DNA of 63,971 nt, filler included, from Collodictyon triciliatum (Eukaryota), in the NCBI GenBank assembly GCA_043381765.1. It is 12 parts of 12 records of this genome, joined end to end, with 100 filler letters (N's around TTAATTAATTAA, not from the genome) between each part and the next. Parts side by side here need not be neighbours in the genome. Positions count along the whole stretch, not along the records: positions 1 to 5,828 come from JBHJMP010004908.1; positions 5,929 to 11,878 come from JBHJMP010004909.1; positions 11,979 to 17,798 come from JBHJMP010004910.1; 9 more parts are not named here. One strand, written 5' to 3'. Positions within the stretch are counted from its first letter, which is position 1. Each line of letters begins with the position of its first letter. The position numbers and the translations under genes were made by a program. The notes under the pieces were generated by a model, which worked only from the letters and a program-made list of their open reading frames with translations, made no database searches and had not been told where the DNA came from. Shown in pieces: positions 1 to 15,900 of the stretch.

Positions 1-57
<57 letters not shown>

Positions 58-305
58 AAAAAACCAAAAAAACCAAAAAAACCAAAAAACCAAAAAAACA
101 AAAAAAATACATAAAATTATCAAAGAAGGAATATAATCTATGAATGAAATAAAGGGGGAAAAAATGCAATAGTATGAATATCGTAATTTTTTTTTATTCT
201 TTTTCATTTGTGTGAGATGATGGAATTTAGGTAGCACAATATGTATCATGTCTCAATTTTTCATATATTGACTCCTTTTCGGAAAGTGGAGGTGAAACAT
301 CAAAA

Positions 306-1526
306 ATGGACTTTGACTGGTTTGCGTGGCTCATGATTGTCATCCTGCTGGTCTTCTTCATGATTGGTGCCTTTTATTTTGTAAGTATTTATTCATGTGA
401 TTATAAATTTATTTGATTACACGCCTGGTGCTCGTGCTTTTAGTTCAATGCGACAGCTAGAAAAAGTTTTTTCTACACTTTTATCAAACGAAAAATACAC
501 CATAAAATACCATATTACCAGAGAATGAGCAGAAAAAAAATAAAAAAAATCCAAAATCTAAAAAAATAATCTAAAATCTAAAAATCTAAAAATCTAAAAA
601 TCTAAAAATCTAAAAATCTAAAAATCTAAAAATCTAAAAATCTAAAAACATCTAAAAACATCTAAAAACATCTAAAAACATCTAAAAACATCTAAAAACA
701 TCTAAAAACATCTAAAAACATCTAAAAACATCTAAAAACCCAAGAATAAAAGAATAAAAGAATAAAAGAATAAAAGAATAAAAGAATAAAAGAATAAAAG
801 AATAAAAGAATAAAAGAATAAAAGAATAAAAGAATAAACGAATAAAAGAATAAAAGAATATGTGAATCATATTGCGACAAACAGAGTGGATACTATTGGC
901 GGGACTCAATATCCATATTTTCTTAAGCTAGGAAATGTGTATGGCAAACGAAGAACACATGCCTTTATATTGTCTATAAATTTTCACGTACATTGCGTCT
1001 TTTCTTTTGATGAAACTATTGGCAGGTGGACGAGCTGTTTCATTTGGAGCATGATTATCTAAACCCAGTCGACCTTTGCAAAAAACTGAATCCATTTGTG
1101 ATGCCCAACTTCTGTGCGCACGTCGTATTTGGGTTTGTTTTTGCTCTGAATGGCTCCTTCTTGGGGACCGTACTTGTCTTTCCTCTGGCAGCAGTTGGAT
1201 TGTATAGGTAAGATCATCATTCATGAGGGTAAACATCGCCCAAACATTGAACGCATTTAATTCTAACCTATTCTCCACATTGTGATATGCAATTCAAATC
1301 GGTAGAATCAAGTGTGGTATTCACCTGTTTGACCCAACAAAAATTTATGGAGATATCTCGAGTCATCGAAAAATTTCCATGGGATACCTGGCATCTTACT
1401 CGCTTATGTTCATCCTATCTTTATATTAGTAAGAACTACTTTATTTCATCTCATCACTTGTTTATTATGTTAGCCATACTTAATGACATTTGCATATCTA
1501 GCTTGTTCCGAAGTTTGGAGAATTGA
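306..1526 (+). CDS. Cornichon/Erv14 family ER cargo receptor (4 exons: ~306-380, 1026-1207, 1306-1428, 1503-1526)
   Basis: GT-AG exons splice in frame: MDFDWFAWLMIVILLVFFMIGAFYF-VDELFHLEHDYLNPVDLCKKLNPFVMP...-IHLFDPTKIYGDISSHRKISMGYLASYSLMFILSLYYLFRSLEN*. The LExDYxNPxDLCxxLN and FDPT motifs are cornichon hallmarks. Confidence 0.85.
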
Positions 1527-3076
1527 TACCCCATAAAATGGTTGTGTACAGTTCATATATAATGAATGAAGTGAACTGATAATGTATATCTAATCTATGT
1601 GTATGAAAATATTGAACTGGCTCGTGGAAAGGTATTCCTGCTAAGGATATATGTAAATGTAATTATTCTGTCCAAAACCGTGTTTTTTTTTATACTTGAT
1701 TTGTGCTTGTATTTTGGAAAAAAATTGTCCTTTAGTCGTATTTTTTTTTTTTTTAAAAAAAAACAACCTTCGTTGAACTATTTGCTGCTCGAGATTGCCA
1801 TCGTAGCATATGTCGATATAAAATTATTGCCATTAAAGCCTTCAATAGTATAGATTTACAAGCAATATAGTATAGACATATCTGTTGGTAGAATATGCAT
1901 GTATGTCATTTAAAAGTATGTTTAAATTGGCTAATGAGAACAAGTTATTGGAGACACCGTCTGAAAATGAAACGAAAGGAGCCGGCTTAGGTGTTTGTTG
2001 CACATGTTAGTTCCAGAGGATAATCTTTCAAATTTCAACTTTTTCTTCTTCTAACGACGGATTCTTTTTTGGTTCCTGGGCACTGAATTAAACAATATCT
2101 GAAAAAAATGTGCTTGACTTCCTCAGCTCCAGCGAGATGGCTGGGCGAAAAATCAATCTAACATGACTGGAAAGCCATGTATAAAGCAATGTCTTGAATT
2201 ACATTACATAATACGCCTGTATTATTCGCTACTTTGTCTTTCAGCGAAGAAAAATGTGGTAGAGTGCAACAAATAACCTCTCATCTCACATTTAACCTTC
2301 CCTACCGACACAATCAATCAACTAGCAAAGTCACACCTGGCTTACTCGCTCTCCCTGGAACCTTTCCAGTGGGTTTACTCTACTCATCGATACCTTTTAT
2401 TTGCTGGGTGCGCTAACCTATGTAACTTTTATTGCACGCGATATGAGGATTGGTATTTTAGACTTTGTGCTGAAATAAAAAGAAAAAAAAGAAAGAATCG
2501 GGGCCTGAGCAATCTGTAATTATTCAAGTTCTGCCGGGCAGGATGAAATCTGCTGACTTCGAAGCCCGTGTGCGCTGCGTCTCCAGCCTTCAAAAAAAAA
2601 AAAAAAAAAAAAAACACACCAACGCTGAACCCACATGGTAATTCATGCCATTTATAGTAAACTAATTACTGAACAGTATTCTTCGAATATCAATACATAT
2701 CGCGCTAGAGAACAAACCTGGAGCTTTGGCCACAAACAAAACAAAGTACATGCGACACTGTCAGTCTTTTATGCTTTGGGCTGCGCAACACATCGCTTCT
2801 ATGCCGCAGCTCACGCCCAAGGCACAAACAAGATCAAACAATGGCCAAAAAGAAAAAGAAAAAGAAAAAGAAAAAGAAAAAGAAAAAGAAAAAGAAAAAG
2901 AAAAAGAAAAAGAAAAAGAAAAAGAAAAAAGAAAAAAGAAAAAAGAAAAAAGAAAAAGAAAAGGAAAAGGAAAAAACAACGAGCCCGAAATACACATCGT
3001 TTTTTTCATCTTTTTTCTTTAATAAAGAAGCAACTAACTCCATCTTTCCCGCTATCTTTCCCGGTCACAAGAGAGC

Positions 3077-5828
<2,752 letters not shown>

Positions 5829-5928
5829 NNNNNNNNNNNNNNNNNNNNNNNNNNNNNNNNNNNNNNNNNNNNTTAATTAATTAANNNNNNNNNNNNNNNN
5901 NNNNNNNNNNNNNNNNNNNNNNNNNNNN
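5829..5928. other. Artificial contig spacer N44-TTAATTAATTAA-N44 (recurs at 11879, 17799, 23655, 29572, 35491, 41407, 47320, 52381, 58289, 60765)
   Basis: Identical 100-nt spacer with stops in all six frames, 11 times. Flanking contigs are mostly ~5.8 kb and usually end in microsatellites. Confidence 0.97.
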
Positions 5929-7116
5929 ATCGTTCTTGCTGCAGAGTCTGGGATTGGAAAGTCATCACTCATGGCTGCTACAGCGAGAGACCTTGAAGGG
6001 CTGAAGCATCCTGGGCTGAATGTCTTTTATCCATTTTGTCGGATGCACCAATTTCAGCAACTGCGTTGAAAGGTCATTTCTATTTCTTTTTGTTTTTATA
6101 GATATTATGATGTTTTTTTTTAAAAAAAAAAAATATTAGGTTTCTTTCAGTGTTTCGATTCGCTTCTGGACTTTTGTCGCAATATCTGCCAACTTTGTCG
6201 AGGAAAAGAAGCAAGAACTAGTATTATTTCTGTATCGTATTTTTATCTTTTAATTCTAATGTCGTATAATTATTCATATTTTATTTATTTTATTTTGCCA
6301 CCGTAATACGAAAAAGAGGGAATCCAGGGGTTGCTGAAAATGATTCAGGAGAAAAACAATTAAAACTTTAATTAATTATATCTATTTTAATGATAGATCG
6401 AATTTAGACTATTTTGAATCGAATAAAAAATTGATATTAAATTATGTATATTGTAGGGACGAGAAGTTTGTCTTCCTCATCGATGCCATCAACCAAATCC
6501 ACACGTCGCAAGGAACGCCAGCTCCGCATCTGCTGACATGGTTGCCCAAAGAAACGCCACCTAATGTCGACGTAGTTGTGTCGACTATTCATAACCATGA
6601 ATCTTGCACAGTATTCATTATTTACTAATTTTTGGATATGTTGGTATTCTACATAAAAATGATTTGAGTGGAAGTTTACTGAGTACGTCTATGTCATAAG
6701 TCTGCCAAGCAAAGTGGACTGGAGCCGATTCCTGTCGCCAAGTTGACCGAGGGTGAAATTAAGGATGGTATCAAATCCTTCCTCATTCGCTATGTCAAGA
6801 CCCTGAAGAAAAAGCAAGTTGGAATGATTCTGGCTGACTTTGAAGATACTGGTGAGACATTTTAAAAAGAGTATATATTTTGATTAAGTTTTTCAAGGAA
6901 TAATTCAGTTTTCTATTATCTGATATTCATTATAGGCCACCCGCTCTATCTCCGCATCATTCTGGATGAAGTCAGGGTGTTTGGTGTCTATGAGAAGCTC
7001 GATGACGAACTGTTTGCGCTGCTTTCGACCAATGGTGTCATTTAGCTTTACACTCTCATTATCCAGCGCTGGCAATTGAAGTTTGGCAGGAAAGGTGAGT
7101 ATTGGTTTCATATTTT

Positions 7117-7177
<61 letters not shown>

Positions 7178-10100
7178 AAATTTTATTGAACGATTTTTTT
7201 TCAGTATCCTCATCTGGTGAAAAAGAGACAATAAAGGTCGAGTATGTCTCCCTCTCGATGAAGGTTCTCTTTGTCTCCCGCATTGGCCTGAGCGAAGGTG
7301 ATTTGGACAATTACATGAAAGATGCGATAGGCACAGGATTTGAGCTTGCTGAATGGTTTGTTTAATTTTAGTATTAATAGAATCAATAAGTTTATCGTTT
7401 TCTTTTATTTTTTAACTTAACTTTTATTCATTCAAATAGGAAATCCTTCTTCTTTACCCTCATCGAATCGCTTTTCGTTCGCAATGGAAGGTTGGTGTTA
7501 TTTCTCAATCCTTTTCTTTCGTTAATCTGTGTTTTTGGTATAATTTTATTTGGGCATAAAGCTAATTCTTGCTTATCATAGATACATGTACTTCCACCAG
7601 CCGCTGCTGGAGACCACTGAAAAGGTATATTTCTCCGAAGAGAAAGATATGGAAAAAACCCACGAAAAATACGGAAAATGGCTGTTTGGCCAGTATTCTG
7701 AGGCCACCGATGCGGATGAGGAGCTTGCTGCTGAGATTTGCTACCAGCTTCTGAAGGGCAGTTCGTTTGGCTTGCTTGTCGAATACATGAAGCAAAATCA
7801 TGTAATTTCTTATTTTTCTAAATATATTCAATTATTTTAGTTATGCCAAAATTTTCTCGGATTCATTTCAATATTTTATAGGTTATCAGTATCATGCTTA
7901 GTGGTCGCTATCGCATCGAGTCCTTTACATGCTGAAGAGCAATCAACGCAAGTGGAGCGGCAAATTTAAAAGACGCTTATGGAGGCTTGGCGAAGGTAAT
8001 TTATCATTTATTCTTTGAATGTTAGTGCTCAAAAAATGTAATTTTCAATCATGATTTAGCTTTTAATTATATTTTTAGTCTTTGGATAATGTGAGAGAGA
8101 CCTGCTGGTTGGATTATTCTTGGATTCTTTTGAGAACCCATTTTTTGTTGTTTGTTCTGAATGTGCGCCCTGGAAAGCATCAAACGAAGGGTATGCAATT
8201 TATTATCTTTTTGAATAATTTATGCCATAAGTATGAGATTATATATTGATACGTTGAATAATCTGTCAATATATAGATTCAAAGGCTGCTGATTACCTGA
8301 ATATCGGCCGTGTCTACAAGAACCTCCAAAAGTAATATATATATATATATATATAAATATTAATGATTGTAATTAAGACATGACATGATGATTAAAATGA
8401 AAACTTTTCAAAAATAAAAATAAATTAAACATCTGGGCTGAATCCATGGTCTACTACAAGAAATGCCTCAATTCAATTGAGAAAAATGCAGATGATTCCC
8501 TGTGTATTGCCACCATTATTAAAATACGGAAACCATCTACCAGCAACAGGATAAGTAAGGCTCACTTTCAACTTTGTTAAAATAAATTATAAATAGAGTG
8601 TTTCAAAAAGGAAGTGTTCTGATATTTCTTATAAAATATAACTGATGAAGCTCTTGAAGAATGCAAGAAATCACTGGACTTGAGAATCAAACTACTGGGT
8701 GAGAACGATTTGCAAGTGGCCCAATCGTATGACCGCTTCGGAGACATCTATGTGAAGTAGTCAAAGTAATATTTTTAATTTAAATGATACCTTATTTCTA
8801 CTTCTTTTTTTTGTAAATATATAAGTATGCTGATCAATCTTTTATGATAGGAATGAGCAGGCTCTGGATGAATACACAAAGGCGATGGAAATACGTCAAA
8901 AAAAAAAGTCGAAAACGAGCATCCTCTTGTCGCAACATCGTATCGGAACTATGGTCACGTCTCTCTGGCTGGGAAGAAGTAGCACATAGTTATTCGATGT
9001 AAGCTGGTTTTATATATAGGTATAATATTTGTGTAAGATTAATACGATTGAACCACCAAGGTATGAAGAGTCTATTGATAACTTCGAAAAGGAGAAATCA
9101 ATCCTTGAAAAATTGCTGGGAGCTAAGCGTGCATCTGTTGCTTCGACAATCCAGTTTATTGCTAACGTTCATCTTACCAATGAAAAGTTGAAATTTCTAA
9201 ATTATAGATATTTTCATACAATAATTTTTCCTTTCAATTTTTGAAAAATGAGTGTGGCTTCATATCTTTCATTTCTATGGACTCTGTTTGGGGTTAAAAT
9301 TTTACATAATATAATTCTAACTGTATAAATATCAAATCACTATCGTCTTATAAAGGAAAACTGAGGCCTTTTCCTCATTAAAGCAATCGCTGGATATTTT
9401 CATGTCTGCCTTGGGTGAAAATCATCCGAATGTCATGGTCTGCTATGAAATGATTGGAGACATCAGCCATGATTTGAAGGGGTATCTATTTATTAATTAT
9501 TTTTATATCTAGTGGAAAAGAATACTGTTTTTTTGGTTTTTTTTGGTTTTTTTTTCAACAGTTTATTGAGATAAAAATGAAAAAGAATACTGTATTTACT
9601 CTTATTATCTTAGCTTTAAGGGTGCTTTGGAGTCCTATACAAAGACGCTGGATATTCGCGTGAGAACACTGGGCGAGTAGCATGCTGACTATGCGACTTC
9701 CCTTGAGAATGTTGGCCGAACAAACTTTGAGCTTAAAAGGTAAATTGCTTTATTAAGATAGAATATATATATGTTGAGTCCATCAGAAAAATACATCAAT
9801 AATAACTAATTTGCATGCATTTAGATCGGACCAAGTCGTTGAATACTTCCAGAAGGAAGCTGCTATCAGAAAGGAGACAAAGACTGTAATCTCACTGAAA
9901 GACGATTCACAATGTACAAGAATTTCGAAACTTATGGGAGGCAAGAAAGAGCATGAGTTAGCCATTCAGCTTTACAAAACACCTGCTGTTCGACATGGCG
10001 GAATGTCTTCTTTTGAAAACTGGGACTGCTAGGTGGCTTGTGAGAATGAAGACAAGATTTACAAGGAACTGAAGCAGCATAACGAAGCAGTGGCATTCTG

Positions 10101-11350
10101 GGCTGAGATGAGAGACAGATTCGCTGATAAACTTGGATAGATTCACACCAGGACATTAAACTCATGAGAGTACTTGTCCGTCCATTTAAAGGAAATTGGG
10201 GTCAATAAAGTACCTGTCGAGTTTACAAGAGTCAAGGAATTCATTTTTGAAACACTGGATGATGCAAAAATAGACGACGAATGGAATCGTGAGCAAATCA
10301 TTGCGCCATTATTCAGAATTGTCTACATGTCAAAGACTGATGAGAGCAAATCAAAGGCTGCACCTGATGCCATCACAGTTTTGAATTTCATGAATGTTTC
10401 GTTTGCTGGAATGGATTTATCAAGCACCCTTATTCCACATAAAAATCTCAGCGAGTCAATCATAGATGGTGCAAATTTCACTGGTGCAACTTGGATGGCT
10501 TCGACTTTACGAATTTGATGCTTGGTGATTCTGTTTTTGATAATGCAAATATGAATAATGTGAAATTTGGAATTCCTCATGATAAATTAGAAGGGCATAC
10601 AAGCTATGTCAAAAGCGTTTGCAGTATTCAAGGACTGAATGGTGAAAAGAGGCTGGCTTCTGGAAGTCAAGATAAAACAATACGTATTCAGGATGTAGCC
10701 ACAGAGAAGCAAATCAAAACCTGCAAAAAACAGAAGTGATTAACACCCAAGGAAAATACCTTGTCTAGAAAGGAAAGCCAGACGAAGTCGTCGCAGTATT
10801 CAATAGAACAAGTGATGCGATAAACATGATTGATTCCAACAGAATCCAAGGTGCAAAGACAGTCCAGATTATCGGCCTAAGAAAGCTGCAAAGTGGATGC
10901 ATCCAAATCAGAAATGTCATAGGAATAAGCCGTTTCAAAAAAATCTCATAGTTTCTATCGGTGCTATTTCCTTTGATGCGGACTTTGCTGCCTATTGTGA
11001 GCAGGGTAAGTTTACCAAGTTCCAGGCTCAAATGATGGCTGAGTGCTATGAGAATGGATGGAGTGTTGAGAAAGACGCCGAGAAGGCTCTTTTTTAGAGA
11101 GTAATCGCCTTTGAAGTTATCATTAGATTTTGATGGATTGAAACATTTAGCACAATAAGGCTCAAAGGAGGCATTCAATTTTTTGAAAGAAATGGCTGAA
11201 AATGAAAGATATCATGGGTGATTGGTGAAAAATTGGTGAAAAACATATATATTCCCAAGCTATTTCTATTATTGTTGAATGCTATGTGAATGGATGGGGT
11301 GTTGAGAAGGACTCTGAGAAAGCAACTGAGCGAAAACAGAAAGTTACAGC
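5929..11350 (+). pseudogene. Degraded STAND/NACHT-like NTPase + TPR repeats + pentapeptide + WD40 + Sel1-like repeats
   Basis: Walker A AESGIGKS, Walker B FVFLIDAINQ, HPLYLRIILDEVRVFG. TPRs LLGENDLQVAQSYDRFG, ALGENHPNVMVCYEMIG, TLGE*HADYATSLENVG. Pentapeptide AITVLNFMNVSFAGMDLS. WD40 LEGHTSYVKSV..LASGSQDKTIRIQD. Sel1 AECYENGWSVEKDAEKA. In-frame stops at ~7933, 8758, 9678, 10030 and frameshifts at ~6030, ~8900, ~10490. Confidence 0.75.
9513..9593 (-). mobile_element. Short retroposed insertion (second family) with target-site duplication, in an intron
   Basis: AAAAGAATACTGT at 9516-9528 and 9581-9593 flank an insert whose minus strand reads ...TTTATCTCAATAAACTGTTG followed by an A-rich tail interrupted by CC. 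Confidence 0.6.
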
Positions 11351-12509
11351 TTAATAAGGTAAGTAGTGTTATAAATGAAGATTAATATATGCTCGTTAAC
11401 TATATTTATTTGAGATGGAGAGATTCTCTGGGATTTTTTCAAGCATATCTCCGCTTTTTCCCACAAGGACGCTCCACGAAAACAGACTAAAACCATAAAA
11501 ATGAAAGCAAATCCTAATCGATCTCTGTTGAATCTTTGTTCTTTGTTCTTTGTTCTTTCCATTTTTCTTTTTCATTTCATTTCCTTTCTTTTTTTTCTTT
11601 TTTCTTTTTTCTTTTTTCTTGATTTATTTTTTTCTTTTTTCTTTTTCTTTTCTTTTTTCTTTTTCATTTCTTTTTCATTTCTTTTTTCATTTCTTTTTTC
11701 TTCTTTTTTTCTTCTTTTTTTCTTCTTTTTTCTTCTTTTTTTCTTCTTTTTTTTCTTCTTTTTTTTCTTCTTTTTTTTCTTCTTTTTTTTCTTCTTTTTT
11801 TCTTCTTTTTTTTCTTCTTTTTTTTCTTCTTTTTTTTCTTCTTTTTTTTCTTCTTTTTTTTCTTCTTTTTTTTCTTCTNNNNNNNNNNNNNNNNNNNNNN
11901 NNNNNNNNNNNNNNNNNNNNNNTTAATTAATTAANNNNNNNNNNNNNNNNNNNNNNNNNNNNNNNNNNNNNNNNNNNNGTCATCATCCGCAAATATGGAA
12001 CTGCCTTCACATTTGAATAAAAGTTCTGGAACCTTCTCAAACATTCCTTGCCTAATGTGGAATTACCATATATAGATGGATTTGGGGGTATATAAAGGCG
12101 CAGGAAATTAAAAGACGGAATAAACTGATACTTTTATATTCTATATACCTAGAATATAAAAGTATCACTCTTCATCAAATGAGATTTTTGTTTGTGTGGG
12201 TGGGGTTGTCTGCTGTTCTCTGGGATGGCATAACTCCTCCGCGTTCAATTCTATTATTTCGCCGCGTGCCCTTTTTAGGCATTCGAAGCTTTATAGCGTT
12301 GTGTGTGTCTCTTTCTCTTTTTCTTTTTCTATTTCTTTTTTCCTTTTTTCTCTGAAGCAATTAGGCTGAAGATTAGAAAGAGAAGGAATAAAAGAAGCTA
12401 AAAAAACGTCGACATTAACAAACAGAGACAACAAAGAAGGAAAAAAAAAAAAAAAGAGGAGCTAAAGGACACAGGCTGTGCTCAAGTATATTGAAAGGCG
12501 TTTGCAAGG

Positions 12510-12819
12510 ATGGATCTATCGAAAGCTTCTTGGAGCGTGTTTTCGGCGCTTCTTGTCGTGCTGTCGCTACGCGGTATTCCTTTTCATACTTCAGTTTTAT
12601 TTTAATTATCCACCTTGACTCGATTTTTTTTTCTTGTACTTTTCTTTTTCCTTTTCTCTCTTTCATACGATCGCGTTTACTAATTCTCCGAGCCTTTTCC
12701 CTTTATCTCATGCTATTTTTTGCGGTCTATATAATCTTATCACCTTAAGACATGCAAATATAAACGACGCGGTTCACCAAACATCATCCTCACTTTAGCT
12801 GTGGAACAACTTCCTCATA

Positions 12820-12859
<40 letters not shown>

Positions 12860-12873
12860 AAATAAATAAATAA

Positions 12874-12968
<95 letters not shown>

Positions 12969-15900
12969 ATACATAAATAAATAAACAAACAAATAAAGAA
13001 TAAATAAATACATAAATAAATTAATAAATAAAGGGGCCTCGGGCGACATCATTGGATGGGATCCCAATTTCACCTTTGATCAATGTGCCTTGCTTCACAA
13101 GTTGCCTCAGACGTTCACATTGGAATATTCCGTCGTCGACCCAACAAAAGATCCCTTCGTCATTGTAATAACCAAGTCATTCTCCTCCTTGCACAAAATA
13201 CCATCGTCTATTATAACAATATCGTTTATCGCAGTTATTACGATGAGGAACTGGATAATTATTCTTCTGCATAAGATTTTTTTTTTTTAAAAAAATGAAA
13301 CTGAAAAGATTCGGATGACCGCAAAAACGACGGGTTGGATTGCCGTCGGTATTTCCAGGGACGGGTCTATGGATAGTAACAAAGACGGGTCAGATATGAT
13401 AATTGGATGGGTCTCATCTGATTCAGGTCTTAAAATACTAGACTATTAGCATCCAATGCCCATTTATAGATGCCTACTTTCATCGTGAATATTGCTCGTC
13501 GAGTCAATCCTTGAACTGAAAAAGTGGGTTCATAGAGGAAAATTATTTTGGCCCACTTGAATATTACTTGTTGTTCCTATTAATCATTTGTATACTTTAG
13601 CAGGCTGCGAAAACGGATGTGTTTTCGATTACTTCTCGACCAATATGGAAAGGCCCATTCTCGATACAAAACTGGGGGGTAAAAATGATGTGACTCTATT
13701 GGATGCCAGTGAGGTTGATGGAATTACATCCATAACATTTTCACGACCCTTGCGAACAGAAGACGGTAATTTGTATTGTTTATGCACAATAACCATGTTA
13801 CTTCTCATAGTAAACTTGCTATTACTACTCTGTTTTCCCCCCTCCTAAATGCACATCAGATTTTGATCTTTCATTCAACTTCCGGAAGTTTGAGAGCTCT
13901 TTCATCCTCTACGCAATGGGGGAGCGAGACCCACCTCCTCCAAAGGTAGATACAGTTGTGGGTGAATTGTTTGGTAAACATTTCGTCAAAGGAGCGAGAA
14001 CCTACAAGGACTTGATGAATTGTATGTCTAGTGTCATCAATTCCAATTGCCCAGTTTTTATGACCAATATCATGCGAGGAACCACAATTCAATCTGATGA
14101 CCATACATTCCTCTTGACTAGCCAAATGCTCGGGTTCAGTTCGTCATCAAACGCATCCTTCTTTTTCAAACGCCGATAAAAGTTTTGAAATGACATGGGA
14201 GATTTCAAAGAAGTTTCCTAGCGAACCCTCCATAGAAATTCAGTTGAAAGCAAAAACACTGTTTGATTCTACTCTATAATACACACTCGATTTTTTTTTT
14301 TTACATTTTTATTGGAAGATAATATTTTAATTCTATAATGCACACTGAATCATAAAACTTCATATAATTCTCGTCTTAAATTGACTTCAAATATACATCT
14401 GTCTTCTTTTTATATGTAAATATTCAACGTTCCTTTTATTAGTGGTTGGGTTGGAATTGGGCTCACCCCGCCAGACGACATGCTAATGCCAAAATCTGAT
14501 ATGATTGTCGGATGGGTAAAAAAGGGACAGGCAGTTGTCCATGATATGCATGCGAACGGATATAACATACCACTTCTCGACCAATTAAACGGAGGCCAAT
14601 CAAACATCTATGATGTATCTGGATCAGAGGAGAATGGTTACACCATTTTGAAGTTCTCAAGGAAGCTGGATACACATGATTCAAAGATGGACATGATGAT
14701 AGGGTCGGGAGAGTGCGGCTTGCTATGGGCCATTGGAGACACCGATGGAGATTTTGCGGGTTTTCTTCTATTTCTTGCATCTATATCTTTCTCTTTTTCA
14801 TACTCATTTTTTCCTTTTTTCCTTTAAAATGAAGAATTATTTGGAAAATTTGAAATCAATGAATCCGGGTTCTTAAATCACGAGTTATACCCTTTTTTAT
14901 TTTTATTCTCTCTCTTTTTATTTTTTTATTCATATTTAATTTACTTTGTATATGGCTTAAGTTTTTCTAAATGGTATTTTTAAGGTAACCGGGTTAAGTT
15001 CGCAAAACACATTAGTCGAGGAATGGCCTTGATAGATTTCACGGAGGGTATTTTATTCTCATTTTTCTAGTAAAAATTAAAATTTAGTCTGTGAGCAGTT
15101 TGAAGAAAGACTTTTTGTATCTGTGAATATTTTGCTAAGCATATGGAGTATTGAAGTAAACTATCTACTTTTTTTTTTTAAAAAAAATAATTATCCACAG
15201 GATATTCTCACGATTCGCACCACTCATACGGACATTCTGGCGTTGTTTTGACCATCCATGCATTTTTCATGGTTTTTACATATACCCACATATTAGCATT
15301 GTATAAAGTACCATATAGCTGTTATCCCTTCCATATTAAACCTTCAAATGAAAAAAAAAAAAAAAAGAAGAAAAGATAAGCTTTTCTGGATATTCATAAA
15401 CCCACTAGTTTGTATCATGGGGTGTGGTGGCCCCTTTTGGAATTTATGTCGCTCGCTACATGAACCCACATGGTGTGTTTGGGAATAAATCAAGCGAAGT
15501 GACGCAGCTTTGGTATGAGTATCACAAATATATTCAGGTGAATTCGAAATGCATTTCGACTTTGAATAATAATTGTGCAACCCCGATTATTTGAAGGTTT
15601 AACAGAAATAGTCTTGATAACACCTTTTTTTATCTGGTAGCCTTTATATTTATATATATAATTTTTATTCGCAATTTTTAAATGTAGATACTTGCATTTG
15701 CGCTGTCAACAATCGGGTTGATTATTGTAATTAAATACACCAACGATAGTGGGGAGGAACATTTCCATCATACACACGGAGTTATCGGAGCCATCGTCTT
15801 CGCCTTGGCTTCATCACAAATACGTAATTAAAAGTCTATACACCTTTAACTCAGATTTGATTTACTCGCTTTGAAAATAATTTATTGATTTTTTTTTTCT

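Noticed and set aside
1960-2620. Possible small minus-strand spliced gene or ncRNA between cornichon and GluRS
   Set aside because: Some splice-like signals but no coherent ORF or recognisable RNA motif
5873-5884. Regularly spaced TTAATTAATTAA palindrome as a biological repeat or CRISPR-like array
   Set aside because: Always centred in N runs with six-frame stops, so it is an assembly linker
7933-10032. Repeated in-frame TAG/TGA in the NTPase-TPR gene suggesting stop-codon reassignment
   Set aside because: The same gene has frameshifts, and intact genes use TAG (TM9SF KVD*), TGA (cornichon) and TAA (DECR2 SKL*) as true stops. Pseudogene decay is the simpler explanation.
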